Virus record (IMG/VR): IMGVR_UViG_3300020183_000013
Location: 64,001 to 128,000 of that record
Length of the DNA: 64,000 nucleotides
Reading direction: 5' to 3' (one strand)
Origin: a virus
Shown here: in pieces, positions 38,801-46,440 of the stretch
How the letters are laid out: each line of letters opens with the position of its first letter
Numbering within the stretch: position 1 is the first letter of the stretch
Translations under genes and position numbers: made by a program
The notes under the pieces: model-generated
Databases searched by the model: none
What the model saw: only the letters and a program-made list of their open reading frames with translations
Told to the model about the DNA's origin: nothing

Positions 38801-40417
38801 GATGTTCTTACTGTAACTCAATTAGGTATAACTTCACTAGGAAAGAATCTAAGACTTTCTGTTGGTGCAGTAAACGCCTTCAATGAACTTATTATTGATC
38901 AAGTTCAAGGAACATTTGCCACGGGAACTGGTGTTGGTAATACTATCAAGTATTATAATAATTCTGGTTCTCTAGTTGAACTAAATGCTTCAGTTGGAGG
39001 AAATGTTACTCTTACTTCTCCAGTAGTAACTGTAGATGATGGATTACATTTCAGAGTGAAACATCTCAATCACGGAATGCACTCCTCCTTAAATTATGTT
39101 ACTTTAACAAACATTCTTCCAGATTCTTCGCCAACAACATCAACTGCAGATATTTCTGCAACATTCACTGGACCATTGCAGATAGCAAGTTCTACAAACT
39201 TTACAACTTTTGAAGGTGTTGGTGTAGGGACAACAAACCCCGGATATGCTCTTATTGGTAATGAAATTGTAAAGTATACCTCAGTAACAGGAAACACCAT
39301 TAACGTTGTTTCTAGAGGAATTGATTCTACGACGACTGAAGAGCATCTAAGTGGTAGTTTTGTTTATAAGTATGAACTCAATGGAGTTTCTCTACTAAGA
39401 ATTAACAAAACTCACAGACTTCAAGATGCAACCATATCTGTTCCTGTTGGATTAGATTACTATTCACTCAGAATAGACAATACTGGTTCAACACAAGGTG
39501 CAAAAGTTATTACCAATAGAAGTGGAAGTGGTGTCAATGATATTAGTCCAGTTCTTAGATTTGCTATAACTAAGTCTGATGGGGGAACAAATGTAAAAGC
39601 AACTCAAAATATGCCTTTTGAAGTTCTTACTCCAATTGTTCAGACATTTGTTCCTAATCAAACAAATATTGATGCTACAGTAAGAACTGTATCTGGAAAG
39701 AGTATTTCTGGTTCAGAAATCTCATTTGTAGATGAAGGTTATCAACAGGTTTCTCTAAATGGTTTGAATTATTTTGATTCACCTAGAATTATTTGCTCCA
39801 AAGTTAATGAGGATAATCTTCTTGGACTTCTCCCAGGAAACAAGTCCTTCAATATGATTTTATCTTTAAGAACTTTTGACCCAAGACTATCACCAATTAT
39901 TGATACTACAAGAGTAAGTGTAATCACTACCTCCAACAGAATTAACCAGATTGTTGCTGATGATGAATATAATACTGATGGAAGAATTAATTCACTAACA
40001 ACTGATCCATCAGCGTTTTTATATGTTTCCAAGCCAATTAGATTGGAAACACCTGCAACATCTATAAAACTATATGTAAATGCTGATGTTAATGTTTACT
40101 CTGATATAAGAGCACTTTATTCTATAGACTCTGAGGAAAATCCAAATCCAATCTTTATACCTTTCCCTGGATATAATAATTTGAATAATCTTTTAGAGAC
40201 TCTTGATCCTTCTCAAAGTGATGGAAGACCAGACACATTTGTCTCAAAGAATAGCAGTCTTCTTTTTGAAACTCCAATCGAAGGATACCGAGAGTATGAG
40301 TTCACTGTAAATAATCTTCCTGGATTTAGATACTATAGAATTAAATTGATTATGACTTCAACAAATCAGGCATACGTTCCAAAAGTTAAAGATATAAGAG
40401 CCATTGCTCTGGCATAA
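32825..40417 (+). CDS. Large virion structural protein, VrlC/DUF4815-like (2530 aa)
   Basis: NLNVSPYFDDF...VLFKPG.PIQARELT, APGADRLK, RFKSGFFVDNF, DPLAQSF, GSLFKSQNASTW. Confidence 0.85.
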   Translation: MPQQTNLNVSPYFDDFHQPDIGGKDKGYYKVLFKPGYPIQARELTTLQSLIQNQIERFGDHIFKEGAKVIPGQTTYIGQYNAVEINNTFLGTEVSSYISYLVGKRVRGETSGVRAQVENYLISVDSERGNATLYVSYLNSGTSDNAVSSFVDGENLILEETISLSNIILLENEPFASTIPTNSTSLGSAFKVSEGVYYLRGYFVAVDTQTIILDQYTNKPDYRIGFTVLEEIVTSDVDEYLTDNAQGFNNYAAPGADRLKITAVLDKKGLDELNVDNFIEIAQIQRGVVRNVPNDTQYNLINDKFAKRTFEESGDYYVQRFDVTCTESLDDGLGNNGIYKEGSLTYQGNVPSEDLLVYKVSPGKAYIRGYEVEVQAPTFLDAPKPRTKKSSGTQSLQYSTGPTLKLNKVFGGPTIGVGNTYFVELRSDRIGVDSSVGAGDTIGIARVFDYALESGSYNASNLALNEWEISLYDIQSFTKVTLNEPITLSVPTYVEGKASGAVGYLYQNVSNSKSLNLYNVNGEFFDNESFRFNGIEKSHISVATTSYGLKDVRSIRGVNSSGKVFSGDCIPSDFLVVGIASISAATPAGISTVTIPSLNYVNSFQVGNYVKFTNTSNTRGLPNFAKVDSIISDTQATKLTISGITTVTGVCEGFPPTSNISVSDFTLIGTKLDASSDNTLFTALSNQNVSNVDLTESNLVIRKNQTVNITSNSTDILTAGTNETFLPFDEERYSLVRSDGIIEPLGAEKFERSADGKTIKFYNLSVASDTGANLITTLKKINVTSKIKRKNRVNTLIVSKSNLSSSGIGTTTRNDGLDYGAGLYPYGTRVQDKEICLNVPDIIGVYGIFESYDTSDPSAPRVVLSSLTTPSTKNTELIIGEKFVGQTSGAQAICAEKITGSDNEISFIYLNDLSFIPDEVVKFEESGYGGVVSSINISSKNITKSYTFDNGQKETFYDYGKIIRTEDSLEPQKKIKVYFENAYFDTQDTGDITTANSYELFDYRTEVPYFNGIRSTDILDIRPRVSDYTVSSGARSPFEFNGRVFTQTGNSSTNILASDEDITLSYDYYLPRIDRIFLSRDGKFSIQQGIPDDIPNSPQSVDESLEIAKIALPPFLYETKKATVTSFSYKRYQMSDIAKLETRIKNLEYYSTLSLLETDTSNLFISDANGLNRFKSGFFVDNFSSLATQETRIGIRNSIDPFRGELRPSHYTNAIDLLIGTKGTVGLGVTSNEDFVNLRKEDIQGTNITKVGDIICLDYSEVEWLNQPYATRVENVTPYIISFWEGTIELNPSSDIWIDTVRIEPKTIQIEGDYLATLNQLSQTAGVNPQTGIGPVIWGSWTTLGFGTPRWVDARPASQGGTPESIATLARFGGWGPGVGPGGTLLGPKQWIGASDEFNRNGTIPTGGLYVQVVDAIRQRVGTQTIVREVFESKSLGDAVVSVDLIPYMRSRNVQFTAKRFRPNSRVYAFFDGRDVNDLCFSKLLQITMSSGTFQIGETVVAYPANVNLNTQPSTNSEIRFRVAKSNHKYGPFNDPSDIYTTNPYNTNQTIPATYSSTSTILNIDTASLATQSQGQYFGIVKTGYNLKGLISGATATVVNTQLVTDNIGTIIGSFFIPNPNVTSNPKFDVGLKTFKLTSIANNNPIPGEALSSGEEKFLSTGTVQTVQEKIVSVRNARVETTTTTQTETSGAFTGLYIDPLAQSFACDDVTGVFLTKVDVYFKTKDSQLPVTCQIRTVELGTPTRTVLPFSEVVLEPDKVNLSNDGSVATTFTFESPVYLEGRQEYAIVLLSNSTSYTVWISRLGEVDIRTASGPESSQVIVSTQPTLGSLFKSQNASTWTPSQFEDLKFKLYRAEFVTTPGTVNFYNPILNEGNAQIPTLTRNPLDLISCKVRVGLGSTIQDSSLTIGNRILQPSTNATGVYVGAVGLATNLSIINAGVGYTPATDGITYTNASLTSVTGSGRNATANITIVNGVAVAATINSSGSGYQVGDVLTVTQLGITSLGKNLRLSVGAVNAFNELIIDQVQGTFATGTGVGNTIKYYNNSGSLVELNASVGGNVTLTSPVVTVDDGLHFRVKHLNHGMHSSLNYVTLTNILPDSSPTTSTADISATFTGPLQIASSTNFTTFEGVGVGTTNPGYALIGNEIVKYTSVTGNTINVVSRGIDSTTTEEHLSGSFVYKYELNGVSLLRINKTHRLQDATISVPVGLDYYSLRIDNTGSTQGAKVITNRSGSGVNDISPVLRFAITKSDGGTNVKATQNMPFEVLTPIVQTFVPNQTNIDATVRTVSGKSISGSEISFVDEGYQQVSLNGLNYFDSPRIICSKVNEDNLLGLLPGNKSFNMILSLRTFDPRLSPIIDTTRVSVITTSNRINQIVADDEYNTDGRINSLTTDPSAFLYVSKPIRLETPATSIKLYVNADVNVYSDIRALYSIDSEENPNPIFIPFPGYNNLNNLLETLDPSQSDGRPDTFVSKNSSLLFETPIEGYREYEFTVNNLPGFRYYRIKLIMTSTNQAYVPKVKDIRAIALA

Positions 40418-40421
40418 GACT

Positions 40422-40643
40422 ATGAATAACTACATTCCACTAAAAGAGAATTCAAATCTTTTAAGAGATCCTGAAACAAATGCTATTTTGAATACAAACA
40501 AAACTGAATATAATAATTATATTGCTATGAAAAATCGAAAGAATGAACAGAATGAAAAAATGGTTGAAATGGAACAAGAAATGATTAATATTAAAAATGA
40601 TTTGAATGAAATAAAAGACTTATTGAGGAAGATAGCACAATGA
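40422..40643 (+). CDS. Conserved small coiled-coil protein
   Basis: LLRDPETNAILN...IKNDLNEIKDLL. Confidence 0.7.
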   Translation: MNNYIPLKENSNLLRDPETNAILNTNKTEYNNYIAMKNRKNEQNEKMVEMEQEMINIKNDLNEIKDLLRKIAQ

Positions 40644-40804
40644 ACCCAGATGACATAGATCTTGAAAACATTACAAAAATGTTTGAATATGAAAAACACG
40701 CTAGGAATATAGATAGTATAGATGATATTGAAGTACTAAGAAATTTTTCTAAAATGTACATTAAATTATACCTAAAACAACAAGAAACTATATCTAAACT
40801 CTAA
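40640..40804 (+). CDS. Small helical protein (54 aa), possibly NblA-like; paralog of 2628-2813
   Basis: Read manually: MNPDDIDLENITKMFEYEKHARNID...KLYLKQQETISKL; overlaps both neighbours. Confidence 0.65.
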   Translation: MNPDDIDLENITKMFEYEKHARNIDSIDDIEVLRNFSKMYIKLYLKQQETISKL

Positions 40805-41634
40805 TGGCACAACCATCTACAAGACAAGAATTAATTGACTATTGTTTAAGAAAACTGGGAGCTCCAGTTTTAGAAATAAATGTCGCTGATGAACAGATTG
40901 ATGATCTTGTAGATGATGCCATTCAATTTTTCCAAGAAAGGCATTTTGATGGTGTCTATCAAACATACTTAAAGTATCAAATAACCCAAGAAGACATCGA
41001 TAGAGGGCGTGCTAAGGGCATCTCTGGTGTCGGAGTTGCTTCTACTTCCGCTACTGCAGGAATAGGAACTTTCAGTTACTATGAAAATAGTAATTACTTA
41101 CAAGTTCCTCCTCACGTAATTGGAGTAAATAAAATTTATTCTTTTGAAGGATCCAACTCAATTTCGAGTGGAATGTTCAGCATTAAGTATCAGTTATTCT
41201 TGAACGATATTTACTACTGGGGATCTACTGAACTTTTAACATATTCTATGGTTAAAAGATATCTTGAAGATATTGATTTTCTTCTAACTACTCAAAAGCA
41301 AATTAGATTTAATAAGAGACAGGACAGACTTTACCTCGATATTGATTGGGCAAGTCTTGCTGTTGGACAATATATTGTTATTGATTGTTATAGAATGTTG
41401 GATCCGAGCGATTATTCAAGAGTTTGGAATGATTCTTTCTTAAAACCTTATCTCACTTCATTAATTAAGAGACAATGGGGTCAGAATTTAATCAAATTCC
41501 AAGGTGTTAAACTTCCAGGTGGTGTTGAATTAAATGGAAGACAATTATTCGATGATGCACAAAGAGAAATTGATACTTTGATGGAGAAAATGTCTTCTAC
41601 TTACGAACTTCCACCTCTGGATATGATAGGATAA
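40804..41634 (+). CDS. gp13: Neck protein gp13
   Basis: LIDYCLRKLGAPVLEINV, KRQWGQNLIKF.GVKLPGG. Confidence 0.95.
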   Translation: MAQPSTRQELIDYCLRKLGAPVLEINVADEQIDDLVDDAIQFFQERHFDGVYQTYLKYQITQEDIDRGRAKGISGVGVASTSATAGIGTFSYYENSNYLQVPPHVIGVNKIYSFEGSNSISSGMFSIKYQLFLNDIYYWGSTELLTYSMVKRYLEDIDFLLTTQKQIRFNKRQDRLYLDIDWASLAVGQYIVIDCYRMLDPSDYSRVWNDSFLKPYLTSLIKRQWGQNLIKFQGVKLPGGVELNGRQLFDDAQREIDTLMEKMSSTYELPPLDMIG

Positions 41635-41638
41635 AAAT

Positions 41639-43066
41639 ATGTTAAATCCATTTTTTCTCCAAGGTTCAGGTTCAGAACAAGGTCTAATCCAAGATCTTAT
41701 AAATGAACATCTCAAAATCTATGGTGTTGATGTCTATTATCTCCCAAGACAATACGCAACTGAAAAGAAAGTTATTGAAGAGGTAATAGAGTCACAGTTT
41801 AGTTTTGCATATCCAATTGAGGCATATGTTGATTCATATGAGGGATATAGTGGCCAAGGAACAATATTATCAAAGTTTGGTATTCAAGAACTTGATGATC
41901 TCACATTGATTCTTTCAAAAGAGAGATTTGAAAATTATATATCGGTTTTGATTAAAAATCTTCCCGATGCAAAACTAACAACTAGACCAAAAGAAGGAGA
42001 TCTAATTTATTTTCCTCTAGGAAATAAAATATTTGAAATTAAATATGTTGAGCACGAAAAACCATTCTACCAACTGAAGAAAAACTATGTTTATGAATTG
42101 ACCTGTGAACTCTTTAGATATGAAGATGAAGTCATTGATACTGGTGTTGACTTTATTGATAATCCTAATGCTGTAGGTGATGGTGATGGAAGCGGAGATA
42201 ATTTTGGAGACAGAGGTCAATATGCTAATCTACAAATTTTACAACTGGTTGGTATTGGAATAACTGCAACCGCAACATCTGCTATCGTAAATGGTGGTGT
42301 TAGATTTGTAAATATCACTAATAGAGGATCTGGTTATACAACTCCACCAAAAGTTGCTTTCTCTTCTGCACCAAGTGGAGGAGTTACTGCTGTTGGAATT
42401 GCAACTCTACTTACAGGTATTGTGGACTTGTGTGAGGGAGATCAAAATCTGGGTAGGGTACAAGGAGTTCAGTTGATAAATGCTGGAGCAGGTTATACTG
42501 TTGCACCTAGAGTTACATTTATTGGTGGCGGTGGATCAGGAGCAGCTGCTACAACAGTAATTGGAAATGGCATTGTAGGAATTATCACAGTAACAAACGG
42601 AGGGTCTGGATATTTGGTTCCTCCAACAGTTACTGTTACTGGAATTTCTTCAATTCAAGCGACTGTTGTTGCATCAATCAGTGGTGCTGGAATAGTAACC
42701 TCTATTAGAATTACAAATTCCGGTTTGGGATATACTACTGCACCAACTATTACAATTTCTTCTCCAAACGTCGTCGTTGGTTATGGTACATATATTTACA
42801 ATGAAGTGGTGGTAGGAAGTTCTAGTAGTGTTACTGGTAGAGTTAAATCTTGGAACTCTACTACAAAAATTCTGGAAGTTTCTACAATCTCTGGTTCATT
42901 TGCAGCTGGAGAAAATATAACTGGACAAGACTCTGGCGCGGTTTACAGTCTGAGAAGTATAAATACGTACAACGTTGAGGACAAGTTCGCTCAAAACAGC
43001 GACATAGAAACGATAGGTGATAGTATAATGGATTTTACAGAGTCCAATCCTTTCGGAAATCCTTAA
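41639..43066 (+). CDS. gp14: Neck protein gp14 with Gly-rich repeat insertion
   Basis: EQ.LIQDL.NE.LKIYG.DVYYLPR, RPKEGDLIYFP, DF.ESNPFG. Confidence 0.92.
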   Translation: MLNPFFLQGSGSEQGLIQDLINEHLKIYGVDVYYLPRQYATEKKVIEEVIESQFSFAYPIEAYVDSYEGYSGQGTILSKFGIQELDDLTLILSKERFENYISVLIKNLPDAKLTTRPKEGDLIYFPLGNKIFEIKYVEHEKPFYQLKKNYVYELTCELFRYEDEVIDTGVDFIDNPNAVGDGDGSGDNFGDRGQYANLQILQLVGIGITATATSAIVNGGVRFVNITNRGSGYTTPPKVAFSSAPSGGVTAVGIATLLTGIVDLCEGDQNLGRVQGVQLINAGAGYTVAPRVTFIGGGGSGAAATTVIGNGIVGIITVTNGGSGYLVPPTVTVTGISSIQATVVASISGAGIVTSIRITNSGLGYTTAPTITISSPNVVVGYGTYIYNEVVVGSSSSVTGRVKSWNSTTKILEVSTISGSFAAGENITGQDSGAVYSLRSINTYNVEDKFAQNSDIETIGDSIMDFTESNPFGNP

Positions 43067-43099
43067 GTTGTTAAATAGTATACATCGTTTAGTGTAAAA

Positions 43100-44104
43100 A
43101 TGTTTGAATATTTTTATCACGAGATATTAAGAAAAACTATAATATCATTTGGAAATCTTTTCAATGATATCTCGATTAAAAAGAAAAATGATAATAACGA
43201 TGTATTTTCTGTAATCAAGGTTCCTCTTGCATACGGACCTACTCAAAAGTTTCTTGCAAGACTTGAGCAACAACCTGAATTAAATAAACCAATTCAAATA
43301 ACTCTGCCAAGAATGTCATTTGAATTTGTTGGTTTAACATATGATCCTACTAGAAAGGTAACAACAACTCAAACTTTTTTATCAAAGTCTGTCACCGACT
43401 CTACAGACGTAAGAAAAACATATATGCCAGTTCCATATAATATGGAATTTGAACTGAGCATTATGTGCAAAATTAATGATGATATGTTGCAAATTATAGA
43501 ACAAATAGTTCCATATTTTCAACCATCTTATAACTTAACTGTTAACTTAATTGAGTCTATTGGAGAAAAAAGAGACATACCTGTAGTGCTTGATAACATC
43601 TCAATGCAAGATGATTATGAAGGAAATTTTACAACTAGAAGAGTACTCATTTATACATTAAGATTTACTGCAAAGACATATCTTTTTGGACCCGTATCTT
43701 CCAGTGTATCTACAGATATTATCAAAAAGGTTTCTCTTGGATTTGTTTCTGGAGATTCTCAATCAACAACGAGAGATCTTACATATTCGCAAGAATCAGT
43801 TGCAGCAAAGAGTTACACTAATAACGTTGTAACTACTTTGGCTGCCGACGTTTTAGTTGCAGATGGAACAATTTCTGTACAAAACTCTTCATCAATTTCA
43901 GTTAATTCACATATTACTTTAGATAATGAAACTCTTAAAATAACTAATAAAAATGGAAATATATTAACAGTTGAGAGGGGTTCTTATAGTACCAATATAT
44001 CAGATCACGTTTCTGGAACTCAGGTTATGTTAATAACGAGTGCGGACACCGATCTAATAGAACTAGGGGACGATTTTGGATTTAGTGGAATTTCTTTTGA
44101 GTGA
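43100..44104 (+). CDS. gp15: Tail sheath stabilizer/terminator gp15
   Basis: FGNLFNDI, VPLAYGPTQKFLARL, TLPRMSFE. Confidence 0.93.
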   Translation: MFEYFYHEILRKTIISFGNLFNDISIKKKNDNNDVFSVIKVPLAYGPTQKFLARLEQQPELNKPIQITLPRMSFEFVGLTYDPTRKVTTTQTFLSKSVTDSTDVRKTYMPVPYNMEFELSIMCKINDDMLQIIEQIVPYFQPSYNLTVNLIESIGEKRDIPVVLDNISMQDDYEGNFTTRRVLIYTLRFTAKTYLFGPVSSSVSTDIIKKVSLGFVSGDSQSTTRDLTYSQESVAAKSYTNNVVTTLAADVLVADGTISVQNSSSISVNSHITLDNETLKITNKNGNILTVERGSYSTNISDHVSGTQVMLITSADTDLIELGDDFGFSGISFE

Positions 44105-44110
44105 TAATTT

Positions 44111-44554
44111 ATGTCTAAAAATTTTGATAAGTTAAATGAGGTTTTCAACGTTGAAACCGAGATTATAGAATCTAATATTGATCTTACTAAAAAGGAAGAT
44201 CAACCACAAAATATCAATAGTTCTATTAGTGATATAAAAAAGGATTATGAATACACTAGAGGAAATCTATATTCAATTATAGAAAAAGGTCAAGAAGCAA
44301 TAAATGGTATTTTAGAACTTGCACAAGAAACTGAGCAAGCAAGGGCTTATGAAGTTGCCGGTCAATTAATTAAAAACGTTGCTGATGCAACAGAAAAGTT
44401 GATGGATCTTCAAAAGAAACTAAAGGATATTGAAGAGGTTAAACAAGTTAGTGGTCCAACAAACGTCACTAATGCTCTTTTTGTAGGTTCAACCGCAGAA
44501 TTGTCTAAATTATTAAAAGCCCAAAAAGGAAATGTGAAAAATGAAAACGTTTAG
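44111..44554 (+). CDS. gp16: Terminase small subunit gp16
   Basis: DYEYTRGNLY, RAYEVAGQLIK, NALFVGSTAEL. Confidence 0.93.
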   Translation: MSKNFDKLNEVFNVETEIIESNIDLTKKEDQPQNINSSISDIKKDYEYTRGNLYSIIEKGQEAINGILELAQETEQARAYEVAGQLIKNVADATEKLMDLQKKLKDIEEVKQVSGPTNVTNALFVGSTAELSKLLKAQKGNVKNENV

Positions 44555-44696
44555 GCAATTTCAAGAAGATTGGGGTAATAAATATAAGAAGAGTATTGAT
44601 TGCTCCAATCCTAAAGGGTTTTCTCAACGCGCTCATTGTGCGGCAAGAAAAAAGAGAGCAAAGGGCGAAGAAACTAAGTCAAAACCAGTTAAATGA
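44541..44696 (+). CDS. Small basic protein with capsid-targeting-like N-terminus (51 aa)
   Basis: MKTFRQFQE-DWGNKYKKSIDCSNPKGFSQRAHCAARKKR. Confidence 0.65.
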   Translation: MKTFRQFQEDWGNKYKKSIDCSNPKGFSQRAHCAARKKRAKGEETKSKPVK

Positions 44697-46423
44697 ACGA
44701 ACAATTTAAGCCATTTAAAACAGTTGAAGAAATTGCTGAGAAGCATCGCCTAGATGTTTCTTTCATTGAGAAGCAACTCAAAATGGGTGAACCTATTGAG
44801 CACGAGCATACAAAAGATCACAAATTGGCAAGAGAAATTGCTCTTCAACATTTGGATGAAATATCAGATTATTATACAAGATTGAAAAAAATGGAAGCGG
44901 ATGCTAAAAAGCATCACAAAAAATTTAAGGATGTTAAAGTCAATGAAGACTTACGAGACTGGTTTTCAAAATCTCACCCAGAGGGAAATTGGAGAAGGTT
45001 TAATTCTAAAGGTGAAGCAATCGGACCTTGTGCCCGTGAGCCTGGAGAATCAAAACCAAAGTGTTTATCAAATGAAAAGGCTGCAAAGATGTCAAAGAGT
45101 CAAATTGCTTCCGCCGTAAGAAGAAAAAGAGAAGAAGACCCAGTAGCAGACCGTAAAGAAAAAGGAGGAAAACCAAAAATGGTTTCTAATAAAATTTCTG
45201 AAGAACTTAATCACGAGGAAGAAAGATATTGTCCTCTGTGTGATAAAAGGGAAACAAGATATCAATGTTCTTATGGCGAAAAAACTTGGGATAAAATTTC
45301 TATAAAAGATGAAGAGTACTCTATGGTTAGAGGAGAACTCAAAACTCTTATGGATGCTGTTAAGAGAATAAATTCTAGAGTTTCTAAAGGTGAAGGAAAT
45401 TTAGAAGCGTGGGTTCAATCAAAAATTACGAAAGCAACAGATTATCTTGACACTGCCGCAGATTATCTCAACAGTGGTGAAGCGGAATTTCAGGAATCTT
45501 GTTGGGTAGGATATAAGCAAGTTGGAATGAAAAAGAAAGGTAAGAGAGTTGTTCCAAATTGTGTAAAAGAGGAAGATATTCCATTAGCAGAGAAGATTCT
45601 TCTTGAGATTGAAGCAGAATCTCTGAGTGAAGAGAACAAACCAACTAATCCCGCATTATGGTCAAGAGCAAAATCTCTTGCAAAGAAAAAGTTTGATGTT
45701 TATCCAAGTGCATATGCCAATGGATGGGCTTCAAAGTGGTATAAGTCGAAAGGTGGTGGTTGGAAATCTGCAAATGAAAGTGTAACCATTGAAGATGCAA
45801 ATGGAAATACTTTTGCAGAAATCATTGATATCATTAAACCAGAACCTCTTGTTGCAGAAGCAACCAGACTTCAAGCACAGACTGGAAATGTTATTGCCGT
45901 AACTCTTCAATGGAGAGGAAAGTACTACGCTCTTCGTATGTTCTTTTCTCAATCAAAACTTCCAACCAGAAAAGAAGTTACTGATGAATTGCAAAAGGTA
46001 TACCCAGGTTCTGTAGTTGTTCATCACTCAGTATCAGAGCTCACACAAGGACAACCATTAATTCAAGTTGGTCTACAAGGTGGAAGTTCTGCAAAACCAG
46101 GACCAAATAAAAATTATGTAAAACCAATGGGTGAAGAAGTTGAAATTGATGAAGATTGGCAGTCGGTAAATCGTAAAGATAAAACTGATGGTCTGAGTCA
46201 AAAAGCAGTAAATGCTTATCGCAAAGAAAACCCAGGATCAAAATTAAAAACAGCAGTTACAAAAGATCCGTCAGAACTTAAAAAAGGATCAAAGGATGCA
46301 AATCGTCGCAAATCTTTTTGCTCAAGAATGAGTGGAATGAAAAAGAGACTAACTAGCGCAGAAACTGCACGAGATCCAGATTCAAGAATCAATAAAGCTT
46401 TGCGTCGTTGGAATTGTAATTAA
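44693..46423 (+). CDS. Multi-module basic protein (DUF5661/DUF5872/DUF6321-like modules), probable internal head polyprotein
   Basis: Successive small modules separated by hydrophobic-X-E acidic linkers. Confidence 0.7.
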   Translation: MNEQFKPFKTVEEIAEKHRLDVSFIEKQLKMGEPIEHEHTKDHKLAREIALQHLDEISDYYTRLKKMEADAKKHHKKFKDVKVNEDLRDWFSKSHPEGNWRRFNSKGEAIGPCAREPGESKPKCLSNEKAAKMSKSQIASAVRRKREEDPVADRKEKGGKPKMVSNKISEELNHEEERYCPLCDKRETRYQCSYGEKTWDKISIKDEEYSMVRGELKTLMDAVKRINSRVSKGEGNLEAWVQSKITKATDYLDTAADYLNSGEAEFQESCWVGYKQVGMKKKGKRVVPNCVKEEDIPLAEKILLEIEAESLSEENKPTNPALWSRAKSLAKKKFDVYPSAYANGWASKWYKSKGGGWKSANESVTIEDANGNTFAEIIDIIKPEPLVAEATRLQAQTGNVIAVTLQWRGKYYALRMFFSQSKLPTRKEVTDELQKVYPGSVVVHHSVSELTQGQPLIQVGLQGGSSAKPGPNKNYVKPMGEEVEIDEDWQSVNRKDKTDGLSQKAVNAYRKENPGSKLKTAVTKDPSELKKGSKDANRRKSFCSRMSGMKKRLTSAETARDPDSRINKALRRWNCN

Positions 46424-46440
46424 TTTTTTAGGTCTTTATT

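Noticed and set aside
18940-43066. Recurring GxGY/VGVGT repeats as a DGR or mobile repeat
   Set aside because: Protein-level beta-repeats typical of cyanophage baseplate and neck proteins; no reverse transcriptase or TR/VR pair seen
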